Assembly (NCBI GenBank): GCA_001770205.1
Contig: MEQL01000039.1
Span: 10,787-74,786, forward strand
Direction of reading: 5' to 3'
Length of the DNA stretch: 64,000 bases
Origin: Bdellovibrionales bacterium RIFOXYD12_FULL_39_22
GTDB lineage: Bacteria > Bdellovibrionota > Bacteriovoracia > Bacteriovoracales > Bacteriovoracaceae
Below, in pieces: positions 10,049-19,900 of this stretch. The position numbers and the translations under genes are program-made. Position 1 is the first letter of the stretch. Each line of letters begins with the position of its first letter. The notes below the pieces were generated by a model. The model did no database searches, had not been told where the DNA came from, and saw only the letters and a list, made by a program, of their open reading frames with translations.

Positions 10049-11613
10049 AATCTATTCTAATATTTTATCTTCTCTTAATAATTGCCAATTCAGAGGCCCA
10101 GGACCCTTTATCAAAATCAAATAACAACAACCAAATTCATTGCAATTTTATGGCCACGTCCATAAATGAACATCTTGTTAATTCACTGCTTGATTTAGAA
10201 AATATTTATAATAGTTTAAAAAATAACGAGCGCTGTCCAAATCCTCCGGAATCATTTATTCAATGTTTTAAAAATCAGGCCTGCAATATTAACTCCTCTT
10301 TATTTTCTATGTTAGAACCAGTTTTGAAATGGCGAAAACTTACCACTTCCGACACCTGCGGCCACTTATCAAAGGGAGAAAGTGATTGCTACCAGAATTT
10401 GACGCAAGGAATTTGGCAAAACTTGGTTTTATATAAAGATTTTATCGTCTCCTCTGCCAAATATATTTTTGTATCTGAAAACAAGACCTCCAACATTTTG
10501 CACCTGCTGCGCAAAATGAAAAACCCAGTGACTTTTATTAAAAGTCTAGTCACCAGCATTTTGCAAGCAATTAACGAAGGCATAAAATATCATTTCTCCT
10601 GCGAACGCTGGGAATTTGATGATTTTATTAATCATGGCAAATGCCTTGCGCCAGCAACTTCCTGGGCCTGTGCCAACTGCAATCAACACCTAAACGCTTT
10701 TTGCGGCGTTGTTGGATATATTCTAGGCCAGCCATTATCATCCTTCATCACCGGATTTTTAACCGGTGCAATTTCTGGCACTGTCGAGGCCTCTCAAGTT
10801 GCTTCTCCCGCTATAAAAAATTTCTTTCTTTCAATAAAAAAAGCAAAAGAGGCAATGATTTCGCCAAAAAATATTACCATCACCAGTGCGGGCAATGTAG
10901 CTGGCAATGCCACTCCCAATCTCTGGAGTAATTATCAAGATGCAATGGCAGATGCTTTTTGGGGGGGATATAGCGGAGGAAAAGGCTTGGCGCTAAATGC
11001 GGCATACCAAACTGGTGGCCAAACCTACAAAGAAGCATTCTTTGTTTTTAAAATGGAACAACATAGAAAAGAGGTGGCAGAAGTTGGGAAAAAATATATT
11101 TTAGATAACTTCACAAACAATTCGACACTTGATCCCCAGCGACTGGTCGACTTGTATGATGAGTTTATAAATCATATTCACGATATTAATAAAATTAATG
11201 ATCCCGTAATTAGAGCAAAGTTAGCAGCTATGTATGGCAAATCCAAAAACATTCAAACGACCATTGATGAACTTAATACGCAAGAAATGGCCTTGGCAAA
11301 TAACTTTTTTAAAGAAAAAAACATCTCTACCGCTGAGCAAGCAATTTTGCACAGTGTGGAAAAAGGAGCAGATCAGGTATCGCGCTATCTGGCCACGCGC
11401 GAAGTAACCCGCCTATCTGTTGATCTCGACAATGGCAGTGTCCCAGTTTCTGTTGACATAAAACATATCCGATATAGCAACGAATTTGGCCGGGCCATGA
11501 CCCCACCCTGGCAACCCTACAAAGGGATAAATCCTTCAGAAGCTTTTAAAGATATGACACTGGAAATGGCCGATACCTATTTAAAAATGAAGTTTCCCAC
11601 CGTCTACTATTAG
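10039..11613 (+). CDS. Secreted Cys-rich hypothetical protein (524 aa) with central Gly/hydrophobic segment
   Basis: Signal peptide MPLKSILIFYLLLIIANSEAQ. About 15 Cys in the first 220 aa, then a hydrophobic stretch FCGVVGYILGQPLSSFITGFLTGAISG and a helical C-terminal half. No known motif. Confidence 0.55.
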   Translation: MPLKSILIFYLLLIIANSEAQDPLSKSNNNNQIHCNFMATSINEHLVNSLLDLENIYNSLKNNERCPNPPESFIQCFKNQACNINSSLFSMLEPVLKWRKLTTSDTCGHLSKGESDCYQNLTQGIWQNLVLYKDFIVSSAKYIFVSENKTSNILHLLRKMKNPVTFIKSLVTSILQAINEGIKYHFSCERWEFDDFINHGKCLAPATSWACANCNQHLNAFCGVVGYILGQPLSSFITGFLTGAISGTVEASQVASPAIKNFFLSIKKAKEAMISPKNITITSAGNVAGNATPNLWSNYQDAMADAFWGGYSGGKGLALNAAYQTGGQTYKEAFFVFKMEQHRKEVAEVGKKYILDNFTNNSTLDPQRLVDLYDEFINHIHDINKINDPVIRAKLAAMYGKSKNIQTTIDELNTQEMALANNFFKEKNISTAEQAILHSVEKGADQVSRYLATREVTRLSVDLDNGSVPVSVDIKHIRYSNEFGRAMTPPWQPYKGINPSEAFKDMTLEMADTYLKMKFPTVYY

Positions 11614-12099
11614 CGTAATTTGAAGCTACCCAAAATATCCGCCAATTTTATTGCTTTTTCTTTCAAGTCAATTGAGTCTTCAGAGTTTTCTTGTGCCACT
11701 TCCCGATTATGATTAGTAACTACTTCTATTTGCCCAATACCTGCATTGGTCTGACTAATTCCTTGACTCTGTTCTGCTGAAGCAACCGCAATATCGGCAA
11801 CCAATTCATCCACCGTAGTTATTCCCGCTACAATATCTTCCAGCGATTTTGCTGTTTGGATGGCCATAGCAGATCCATTTTCTACTTTGATCCGCCGCAT
11901 TTAACGCCAGCAAATTTGTTTGAAAGGCTATCTCATCAACAACTTTAATAATGGTCGAAATATTTTGAAAGTATCTAATAACTAAAGCAATTATTGGAAA
12001 GCAGATTCCAAACATTGCTCCAAATAGTGTGTACTTTATACCCAATGAAAATCTATTCAAGTTAATACTCATTTTATTTCTGATCTCCTTTTCACTCAA
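11610..12099 (-). pseudogene. Methyl-accepting chemotaxis protein remnant (internal deletion plus frameshift)
   Basis: ORF 11806-12099 ends in the MCP motif EIAFQTNLLALNAA and then changes frame. ORF 11610-11900 continues in another frame with ...KVENGSAMAIQTAKSLEDIV...IAVASAEQSQGISQTN...FKL. The hairpin tip (EAARAGE-GRGFAVVA-EVRKLA), HAMP and sensor parts are missing. Confidence 0.7.
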
Positions 12100-12244
12100 T
12101 AATAGTCTATTCCAAAAAAGCGATGGTTTCCATCAGTGATAAAATTATCCAATGTGCCTTTACCATCACTCCTATTCTTTAAAATAGTACGCTAGACAAC
12201 CCCCTTTTTGCGTAATATAACGGCACTCTCACTAAAGAGGATTT

Positions 12245-13126
12245 ATGATGCGCAATTGGTTTCTCGCAATCCGCCCCAAGACGCTCTCTGCTTCTGCCGT
12301 TCCAGTTTTAATGGCCGCAGCACTCACCATTACCGATCATGTTTTTAATTTGCCCGTCTTCTTATCATGTTTATTTGCAGCACTTCTTTTACAAATTGGT
12401 TCTAATCTGGCAAATGACTATTTTGACTTTAAAAAAAAGGCCGATACTGACGAACGCTTAGGCCCCGTCAGAGTAACACAGGCCGGACTCATACCCCCGA
12501 ATCAAGTTAAATTTGCTTTTATTTTTACCTTTATCTTGGCCTTTTTTATCGGCCTTTACAGCGTCTATGTTGGAGGACTACCCATTCTTTATCTTGGACT
12601 AATCTGTATTGCCTTGGCCATTCTATACACCGGAGGGCCATGGCCTTTGGCCTACTTAGGATTAGGAGAAATTTTTGCCTTAATTTTTTTTGGCCCAGTT
12701 CCAGTAACTGCGACGTATTATATTATGGCAAAAAATATTAGCGTCGAAAGTGCAGTAGTTGGACTTATCCCGGGATTTTTCGCTATGGCCATGATCTCTA
12801 TAAATAATCTTCGAGACATTACCACCGATCTTGTGGCAAATAAACGGACTGTGGCCGTAATTATTGGTGAACGGCTTGCTCGTTATGAATCTGCATTTTT
12901 TTTATTGCTGGCCCCAATTTTACCAGTGTTTTTTTTGATAATATTCTTTCAGCGCTACTCCTTGATACCGATAATATTCATTACTTTTATTACTCTTCCT
13001 ACTGCGAAAAAAATTTTGAACAATTCAATTTCTCGTGACTTTAATAACCATTTATCATTTGCGGCTAAAATAAATTTACTCTCTGGCATTGCGTATATTA
13101 TTTTATTATTACTAACTGGCCAGTAA
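12245..13126 (+). CDS. menA: 1,4-dihydroxy-2-naphthoate polyprenyltransferase (UbiA family)
   Basis: N-terminus WFLAIRPKTLSASAVPVLMAAAL, Asp-rich motif NDYFDFKKKADTDERLGP, and about 8 TM segments, typical of MenA. Confidence 0.85.
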   Translation: MMRNWFLAIRPKTLSASAVPVLMAAALTITDHVFNLPVFLSCLFAALLLQIGSNLANDYFDFKKKADTDERLGPVRVTQAGLIPPNQVKFAFIFTFILAFFIGLYSVYVGGLPILYLGLICIALAILYTGGPWPLAYLGLGEIFALIFFGPVPVTATYYIMAKNISVESAVVGLIPGFFAMAMISINNLRDITTDLVANKRTVAVIIGERLARYESAFFLLLAPILPVFFLIIFFQRYSLIPIIFITFITLPTAKKILNNSISRDFNNHLSFAAKINLLSGIAYIILLLLTGQ

Positions 13127-13155
13127 TCAGAAATATCAGGAATAAGGTAGCGATT

Positions 13156-13872
13156 ATGAAAAGACAACTCCCTGTGGCAAAAACTCAGATTCCACAAACC
13201 TTTAACCAAATTGCTCATAGATATGATTTTTTAAATCATCTTCTTTCATTTGGAGTTGATAAATATTGGCGCAATAAAATGGTCGATGCTCTTCCCAAAG
13301 ATAATAACAATCTTACCATCTTGGATTTGGCCACCGGCACCGGAGATGTGGCCATTCAGTTTGCACAAAAATATCCAGGAATTAAAAAAATTATTGGCTG
13401 CGATCCGGCCGACAATATGATGGCCATTGGAGAAAAGAAGGTTCGCAGACTTAATTTAAGTCATCTAATTGAGTTCAAAAGCGGTAACGCTCACAATCTT
13501 CCATTTGCCGATGAATCATTCGATGTTGTTTCCATGGCCTTCGGTCTACGTAATATCCCAGATATGGAACGAGGTCTTTCTGAAATTCACCGGGTACTCC
13601 GTCGAGGGGGGCGAGCAATTATTTTAGAATTTTCTATCCCCGAAAACACCATCGTTAAAGGCCCCTACTTACTATACTTCAAACATATTTTGCCGGCAGT
13701 CGGAGGAATAGTCTCTCGCAATCACAAGGCGTACAAATATCTTAATCAAAGTGTCGAAGATTTTCCCATGGTGTCAGAAATAAAATTTAAAATGGAAAAA
13801 AACAAACTGGCAGTTTATGCTCGGCCTTTGAGTTTTGGTATTGCCACGCTATACGTAGCAACCAAAACCTAA
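13156..13872 (+). CDS. ubiE: Demethylmenaquinone/ubiquinone C-methyltransferase
   Basis: FNQIAHRYDFLNHLLSFGVDKYWRN, the SAM motif ILDLATGTGDVA, and FGLRNIPD are classic UbiE/MenG motifs. Adjacent to menA. Confidence 0.9.
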   Translation: MKRQLPVAKTQIPQTFNQIAHRYDFLNHLLSFGVDKYWRNKMVDALPKDNNNLTILDLATGTGDVAIQFAQKYPGIKKIIGCDPADNMMAIGEKKVRRLNLSHLIEFKSGNAHNLPFADESFDVVSMAFGLRNIPDMERGLSEIHRVLRRGGRAIILEFSIPENTIVKGPYLLYFKHILPAVGGIVSRNHKAYKYLNQSVEDFPMVSEIKFKMEKNKLAVYARPLSFGIATLYVATKT

Positions 13873-14462
13873 TTAACAAATAATTCAATCTTTATAAGTG
13901 TTCTCTCCCTAGACCTTGGCCCCAAAACAATAAAATGCTCTTTTTCATCTAAAAGATGCAGACACAAAATTCTACTTTTATCAACTTCAACGATGAATAA
14001 TTTCCCGTCTGATACTAATGATAATGTCGGGGCCACCTCCTGAATAATTTCAATCATAACTTTCCCATAATTGCGATCAATCATTACATTGAAATCTTGG
14101 CATATCCCGTTAATCAATTTGCATTCAATTTTTTCCTCGCCCGCAAAATAAATTGGCGATAATTTTTCATCTAGGCGAATCTCTCTTCTATTGTCTCCTG
14201 TTAATTTTAATATAAAACCATCTCCACCAAGCAGTAATAGCGCACGATCAATATCAGGGAAAAAAGAAAAAGGGCCATCGCTTTCTACCTGTGCTGCCGA
14301 CAGTCGAAACAAAAATGCTCCCATTTTCTCTGGATGAGGAATGGCAAAAAGCTCCCTCGTCTTTCCACCGCCATTTTTCCATGCCATTTCTTTAAAGGAG
14401 GTTGCTTCTATTTTTCTTGCCATATTTTTTGCGGCCCTTGAAAAGCGGCCATAAAAATTCAA
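13869..14462 (-). CDS. HutD/Ves-family protein
   Basis: The W-x-NGGG-x-T-x-E signature (MAWKNGGGKTRELF) near the N-terminus and a length of about 190 aa. Alternative start at 14423 (MARKIE...). Its stop overlaps the convergent ubiE stop. Confidence 0.65.
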   Translation of the reverse strand: MNFYGRFSRAAKNMARKIEATSFKEMAWKNGGGKTRELFAIPHPEKMGAFLFRLSAAQVESDGPFSFFPDIDRALLLLGGDGFILKLTGDNRREIRLDEKLSPIYFAGEEKIECKLINGICQDFNVMIDRNYGKVMIEIIQEVAPTLSLVSDGKLFIVEVDKSRILCLHLLDEKEHFIVLGPRSRERTLIKIELFVN

Positions 14463-14485
14463 TCCAATATTTCTTGCATTTTGAC

Positions 14486-15493
14486 TTACCGTCTTAAGCG
14501 ACTAGGTAATCCAACGGTGTCATAGACCTTGTTTAACACTACTTCAGCGCGGGCCGAAGCTCGGATTGCCCCTTCGGCCATTATCTTATCTAAATACCCT
14601 CTATCTTGCATTATTTTGTCAATTTCACTGCGGATCGGAGAGATGAAGCGAACAACAACATCGGCAGTATCAACCTTTAAATGGCCATATTGCTTGCCTC
14701 GATATCTCTCAACAATGCTATTCGTGCTTTCGCCAGTCAAACATGCGTAGATATTTATTAAATTCATAATTCCAGGACTACTATCAGAATAAGTTATCTG
14801 ATCTCCAGAATCGGTCACGCACTTTTTTATTTTTTTAGTAATTTGTGTATCGCTATCACTTAAAAAAATTGTGGCATTTTCAACTGGATCAGACTTAGAC
14901 ATTTTGGAAATCGGATCTTGCAAACTCATTATTTTTGCCCCTATCTCCGGAATAAATGGTTGAGGAATCTTAAACAGATCTATTCCAAAATATTGGTTCA
15001 TCCGCACAGCGATATCGCGCGTTAATTCAATGTGTTGTTTTTGATCTATGCCTACTGGCACTAGATCCGTGTCATATATCAAAACATCGGCGGCCATTAA
15101 TACTGGATAGGTAAAAAGACCGGCCGGAATATTTTTTCCGACCTTTTGTGATTTTTCTTTAAATTGAGTCATTCTGCTTAGTTCTCCCATGGAAGAAAAA
15201 CAGTTTAAAATCCAAGCAAGTTCACTATGCTCAGGCACCTGTGATTGAACAAAAACTAAGCTCTTTTGAGGATCAATTCCAACGGCCAAATAGGTTGCAA
15301 GGGCCGAGTATACCTGATCACGAAAAGTTTTTGGGTCTTGCTTAACAGTCAAAGAGTGAAGATCTGCTACAAAAAAAATTCCATCATGGCCTTCTTGAAA
15401 CTTAATCCAATTTTTCATGGCCCCGATATAATTTCCCAGTGTCAACTTATTACTTGTAGGTTGCGCTCCCGATAGAATTATTTTTTTATTCAT
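14486..15493 (-). CDS. trpS: Tryptophan--tRNA ligase
   Basis: Class I synthetase motifs: HIGH-like TLGNYIGA and KMSKS. 335 aa, with TrpRS-like sequence throughout. Confidence 0.92.
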   Translation of the reverse strand: MNKKIILSGAQPTSNKLTLGNYIGAMKNWIKFQEGHDGIFFVADLHSLTVKQDPKTFRDQVYSALATYLAVGIDPQKSLVFVQSQVPEHSELAWILNCFSSMGELSRMTQFKEKSQKVGKNIPAGLFTYPVLMAADVLIYDTDLVPVGIDQKQHIELTRDIAVRMNQYFGIDLFKIPQPFIPEIGAKIMSLQDPISKMSKSDPVENATIFLSDSDTQITKKIKKCVTDSGDQITYSDSSPGIMNLINIYACLTGESTNSIVERYRGKQYGHLKVDTADVVVRFISPIRSEIDKIMQDRGYLDKIMAEGAIRASARAEVVLNKVYDTVGLPSRLRR

Positions 15494-15527
15494 GCCTTTT
15501 CCTTGGTAAGCCGATAGTAGTATTTTT

Positions 15528-16892
15528 CTATTTTTTGGAGGCCTTCAGGTCACCAACAAAACCACGATGATCCATTATCGCAGCGGCCAAAACGCCATCT
15601 CTCAAATTTCCAGTCAGAGTATATAGTCCGGCCCCTGGAACATTCGAGTTCATCTGGCCAAGATTGGCCATGGAAATTTGCTCTGTTTGTGCAAAATATT
15701 TCACCGATAAAAAGCGATCTAATATCCCAGAGTCATCACCTTGCTTAATGATTCTAGCACGCAAGGCCGGCAACATGATACCCTCACCATTACTGTTAAT
15801 ACCGGCCACTTCTTCAACAATAAAAATCTTCACAACGGCATTATAAACCAGCACTTCATTATTCATAACTGGCCCACTATAATCGCCAACAATCTTTTCA
15901 TATACGGCCTTGATTCTTTCTCGTTTCTCCTCTTCCGGGTCAAGTCGCGAGACAGAAACAGTTCGCAAATAACGCTTGGAGATAAATGTTCCTAATAGTC
16001 CTCCGTCTTTTATTATCTCTCCCTTTGTAATTGTGTTTTCATTGATTACGCCTCGAATTGTAAAGCGAGAATTGGAGATGGACTTCATTACAATCTCATC
16101 CGTCTCTGGATAAAACCTAACGGCCATTAATTGATTATCATCTTCCCCGATAAAATTTAAAGTCCGGTAACGGGCCATGAGCTTAGGTACAAAGGATGGC
16201 TCTCCATTACTATTAACGCCAGATTCAACTTCGATAATAAAAACAGAAATTTCAAAATCATAACTGCGGCCCATTCTTGCTGACGCGCCATCAATTGAAG
16301 CGTAATAAGTTCCTTTAATAGGTTCATAAACTGCCCGCAGTCTTGAGCGCTTATCCACTTCAGTGCTTTGATAGCTTACATTTGGATTTTTTTGCATGAT
16401 TTTGGCCTTAAGCTGCCCAAAGGCCCCACCATTTTTTATGGCACTAACGACCATTTGCCCCTTAGAAAGAGTTCCTTCAAAAGATAAAAATTTAGTCTGC
16501 GTTTTTATATTAATACTAGACATGATAATATTGCCATTTTCTGGATAATAACGAATATCTAGTACTTCGCTATCATACTCATCTACAATATCAGTTCTCC
16601 GATATTGTCCGCGTAAAGTTGGGCGAAATTTAATACTCCCATTTTCATCAATCCCTTCTTGCACTTCTACGATGTAAATATTTAATTCAACCGGAATAGC
16701 ACTCGCATCTTGTTCAATATGCCCTACATATTTGCCGACAATGTCTGAATAATTTGCCAACAAATATTCGCGATCTTTTAATTCTTCGGTATTGGATCCT
16801 GGTTCTTCCTCCTTAACGCCACAAGAGAAAAACGTGGCCATTATAAAAACCGACAACGTTACAATTTTCAATAATCCGAATAGACTTTTCAT
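15528..16892 (-). CDS. Lipoprotein built from three tandem copies of a ~130-aa domain
   Basis: Lipobox FFSCG after MKSLFGLLKIVTLSVFIMAT. Three repeats share Y..I.G.Y...I.I.E...G...NG...P.L.ar...l.vrYyPe...I.M.S...G.i..GG..G.l. Confidence 0.65.
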   Translation of the reverse strand: MKSLFGLLKIVTLSVFIMATFFSCGVKEEEPGSNTEELKDREYLLANYSDIVGKYVGHIEQDASAIPVELNIYIVEVQEGIDENGSIKFRPTLRGQYRRTDIVDEYDSEVLDIRYYPENGNIIMSSINIKTQTKFLSFEGTLSKGQMVVSAIKNGGAFGQLKAKIMQKNPNVSYQSTEVDKRSRLRAVYEPIKGTYYASIDGASARMGRSYDFEISVFIIEVESGVNSNGEPSFVPKLMARYRTLNFIGEDDNQLMAVRFYPETDEIVMKSISNSRFTIRGVINENTITKGEIIKDGGLLGTFISKRYLRTVSVSRLDPEEEKRERIKAVYEKIVGDYSGPVMNNEVLVYNAVVKIFIVEEVAGINSNGEGIMLPALRARIIKQGDDSGILDRFLSVKYFAQTEQISMANLGQMNSNVPGAGLYTLTGNLRDGVLAAAIMDHRGFVGDLKASKK

Positions 16893-18316
16893 AGATTTCT
16901 CTCCACTAATTTATCTTCAAAGGCGGCCAACTCATTTAAGGCCATATGATATTCTCCAATAGACTTAATCCGCAAAAGCTGTGCTTGAAAAAAATCATTA
17001 TAGGCCCGGATAAGATTATTTAAATCCAGTCGGCCTTGCTTAAATCCAACATCTTGCTCTTTTAAACTTCTTTCTCGCAATTCGACCATCTTAATTGTTG
17101 ACTGGGCCAATTGATAATTTATCTCTATCAGTCTCGCCAAATGTTTTCCTTGATTAATTAAAGAACGCTCTTGCTCTTCCTTTTGTTTTTGGTTCTGCCA
17201 TACTGCAATCTGACGATTAAGCTTCTCTCCTTTTAACATTTGCGAATTTATCACCGTCTGAAAATTTATACCAACATAGTAGTTGGGCCTATTTCCACTG
17301 GCCATTTCCGAGAGGGCCTTCCCAGAATCTGAATCAACTCCCGAAAAAAATCCACCGGCCGAAAGAGTCAACACTGGCAGGCCATCAGGAATAGATTTGG
17401 CCAGATCCATATTAGCAATGGCCAACCTCTCCGAAACTACTTGCATTTCCCGCAAATGTGTAATCTCAATTTTACCGACTGTTGGCACTGCCGGTAAAAT
17501 TTCTCCTATCACGAAATCAACATCTTCTTCTGTTTTAAGATCTAGCGTCGATAACAGTTGATCGATTGTCTGCAAATAACCAAGAGATGTCGTTTTTACT
17601 TTTTGTTCTTGCAACGCATACTCGGCTTCCACTTGTGCCAGCTCTCCTGGAGTAGTAAAATTTAATCGTGCTTTTTTTTGCACAAACTCAACCAGGTTCT
17701 TATATTTATCAAGTGTGGCCAGTGCCTCTTTAAATGCGGCCTTAGCGACATAGCTACTCCAAAACATCCTAAGCCCATCCAAAACTAACTTTTCAAACTC
17801 TTCATCCCGCGCGAGCTCAGCGATTAAAATTTTCTTGGCCGTAATCTCGATATTAGCGCGATCAGAGGCCCCAAAATAGTTACTTAAAAGATCTTGTTCT
17901 AACTTGAATTTGAATAGATTTTGGTTGGCCGCAGAATTCTGGCCGGCCACAGAGTACGAACCCAAAATACTCTTTTGAGCAATTTGCTCATACTCTACTA
18001 CAAAATTAGTTCCCGTTTTTATTTTCTTATTTAAGGCCAGAGAGTTTTTTAAAGTATCATCCTCCACATTTCCTTGTCCGGTAATACTATCGGCCCTATC
18101 AAATTCGTAATTACTTTTAATAGCAAGGCCAAAGTCAAACTTAGATTTTACCTGATACTCTGCTATTTTTTCCTTTTCAAATTTATATAAAATCAAGTGT
18201 GCTTTTGGATCCTTCTGCAAAATACGATCTACTACTACTTGAGGGGAAAGTTCCACGCTGTAAACTTCCGAAATAAATAGTATCACTACAACGTGAGCAA
18301 GTGAAAATAATCGCAT
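16889..18316 (-). CDS. TolC-like outer-membrane efflux-family protein
   Basis: Signal peptide, 475 aa, two-fold helical/coiled pattern, and a C-terminal LDLNNLIRAYNDFFQAQLLRIKSIGEYHMALNELA typical of the OEP family. 4-nt overlap with the downstream lipoprotein gene. Confidence 0.55.
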   Translation of the reverse strand: MRLFSLAHVVVILFISEVYSVELSPQVVVDRILQKDPKAHLILYKFEKEKIAEYQVKSKFDFGLAIKSNYEFDRADSITGQGNVEDDTLKNSLALNKKIKTGTNFVVEYEQIAQKSILGSYSVAGQNSAANQNLFKFKLEQDLLSNYFGASDRANIEITAKKILIAELARDEEFEKLVLDGLRMFWSSYVAKAAFKEALATLDKYKNLVEFVQKKARLNFTTPGELAQVEAEYALQEQKVKTTSLGYLQTIDQLLSTLDLKTEEDVDFVIGEILPAVPTVGKIEITHLREMQVVSERLAIANMDLAKSIPDGLPVLTLSAGGFFSGVDSDSGKALSEMASGNRPNYYVGINFQTVINSQMLKGEKLNRQIAVWQNQKQKEEQERSLINQGKHLARLIEINYQLAQSTIKMVELRERSLKEQDVGFKQGRLDLNNLIRAYNDFFQAQLLRIKSIGEYHMALNELAAFEDKLVERNL

Positions 18317-18318
18317 CT

Positions 18319-19134
18319 CTAAATCTCCGTTCCCAGGCCAACAAAAAGCTGTGCGGATGGTAAATAAAGATCGCGAAAGTCTCCATCTGCGGTGAAATAA
18401 TAACGTAGTTCTCCGGCGGCAAATATTTTTTTATAGAAAAGATATTTTTGATTAATACCTACCGCTAAATTCACACCTTCTTTTGAAAAACGGCCGAGTT
18501 CAGAATCATTAGTTTGTACATACTGCCGATAGTTAAACGTCGCATTAATGGCAGTTTTAAACTTTTTTTCAACCCCAAAACTCTTTTCAATAAAAAGGCC
18601 GGCGGATAATTTCATATACGTCAAGGTCGTCTCTTCTAGAGAAAAATCCGATGATGTTTTAATAGTGTTAGTTGTGGATCCATAGGCAAAATCAAGCTGT
18701 GGGCCAGCAGACGCTCCGCCAACTCTATTCCCATGAAAAAGATGCCAAGCAGAAGAAAGCATCAAACTATCGATAGCATCCAATTGGCCAGCATCAACAT
18801 CCCCAACTCCCCGCAACGGAATTTTCCCTTTTAATCGACTCTGATTGGCCAAAAGTTGGAACGATAGCAACGAACTTTTTTTCTCTACTGGTGATTTTGG
18901 CAACGAAACCGATACCACCGCCGAATTTTTCTCCACCATCCCAGGCCCTGATTTTTCTATTGTTGGAGAATTAATCTCCTCTTGTGCCCGCTGACGATAA
19001 TTAACGGCCTCTATGGCAAAAACGTTATATGAAAAAAATGATGTTATAAAAAATATCATCCAAGAAATAAAATTAATAACTACTGCAATCATATAGAGAA
19101 ACCCCACGCAAATACATTGGCACAATGTAGGCAT
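18319..19134 (-). CDS. Putative outer-membrane beta-barrel protein
   Basis: Probable start at 19092 (MIAVVINFISWMIFFITSFFSYNVFA). The C-terminal half shows alternating hydrophobic beta-strand patterns (AINATFNYRQYV, NLAVGINQKYLFY, GELRYYFTA, LFVGLGTEI). Ends 2 nt before the TolC-like gene. Confidence 0.45.
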   Translation of the reverse strand: MPTLCQCICVGFLYMIAVVINFISWMIFFITSFFSYNVFAIEAVNYRQRAQEEINSPTIEKSGPGMVEKNSAVVSVSLPKSPVEKKSSLLSFQLLANQSRLKGKIPLRGVGDVDAGQLDAIDSLMLSSAWHLFHGNRVGGASAGPQLDFAYGSTTNTIKTSSDFSLEETTLTYMKLSAGLFIEKSFGVEKKFKTAINATFNYRQYVQTNDSELGRFSKEGVNLAVGINQKYLFYKKIFAAGELRYYFTADGDFRDLYLPSAQLFVGLGTEI

Positions 19135-19189
19135 ATTATTAATACATTAGCAGGGGGAATTCAATCGAAAGAGTAGCAGTCGGAAAATT

Positions 19190-19756
19190 TTACGGTACTG
19201 GGTAAAAATCAGTATAAACATCATCTTGAGGATATCTGGTGCTACCGGAAGTATATTCCTCCACAACCAAATGAGTATCTGTCCCCTCCGCACTTCCATA
19301 TTTTCTGCCACTAGTGCTGGTACTATTTAAATAAATTCCACCATCTGCAGTAAACTCACTATACCGACGGCCGGCCTTTAGCAATACGCCATACGGACAC
19401 ATCGACATTATCACGTTATATCCACCCGATACCTTGTTAACCACTAAAAAATCGTTATATCCGCTCATACCAATGTAGGTTTTTGAGGTAGTCCCACTCA
19501 AGCGGCCAGTACTAAAAGGTCCGTATAGCGTTCCACCACTTATGGCCGCCGTAGTCTTAAACGTTAAGTCAAAACGACTACCAGATTCGCAACGATATTG
19601 TGTTTTTAAACGAGAAAGTTCAGTAGAAACCACCGGACTTGAGTAAGAACCGTTTTCGTCCTCTGTCGTGGTCTTATTATCTGCGCCACAAGAGACAATG
19701 GCCCCCATTGCAGCAACCACAAATGCCAATTTGAACAGTGTTGATATGTTTTTCAT
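19190..19756 (-). CDS. Lipoprotein, hypothetical
   Basis: ATG at rc 19754-19756 with GGAGGA SD. MKNISTLFKLAFVVAAMGAIVSCG contains a lipobox. S/T/G-rich beta-type sequence. Confidence 0.6.
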   Translation of the reverse strand: MKNISTLFKLAFVVAAMGAIVSCGADNKTTTEDENGSYSSPVVSTELSRLKTQYRCESGSRFDLTFKTTAAISGGTLYGPFSTGRLSGTTSKTYIGMSGYNDFLVVNKVSGGYNVIMSMCPYGVLLKAGRRYSEFTADGGIYLNSTSTSGRKYGSAEGTDTHLVVEEYTSGSTRYPQDDVYTDFYPVP

Positions 19757-19900
19757 ATAATCCTCCTCACCATTCAAAAGTGCAGAGATCATGCCAAAAC
19801 ACTACTAGGATAGCACTTAGATATTTCAAGTTGTTACAAAAAAAGACTATAAATGGATTGGCCAATAAATGGAACTTAGCTAGTCGGCCGTCAAAAAATT

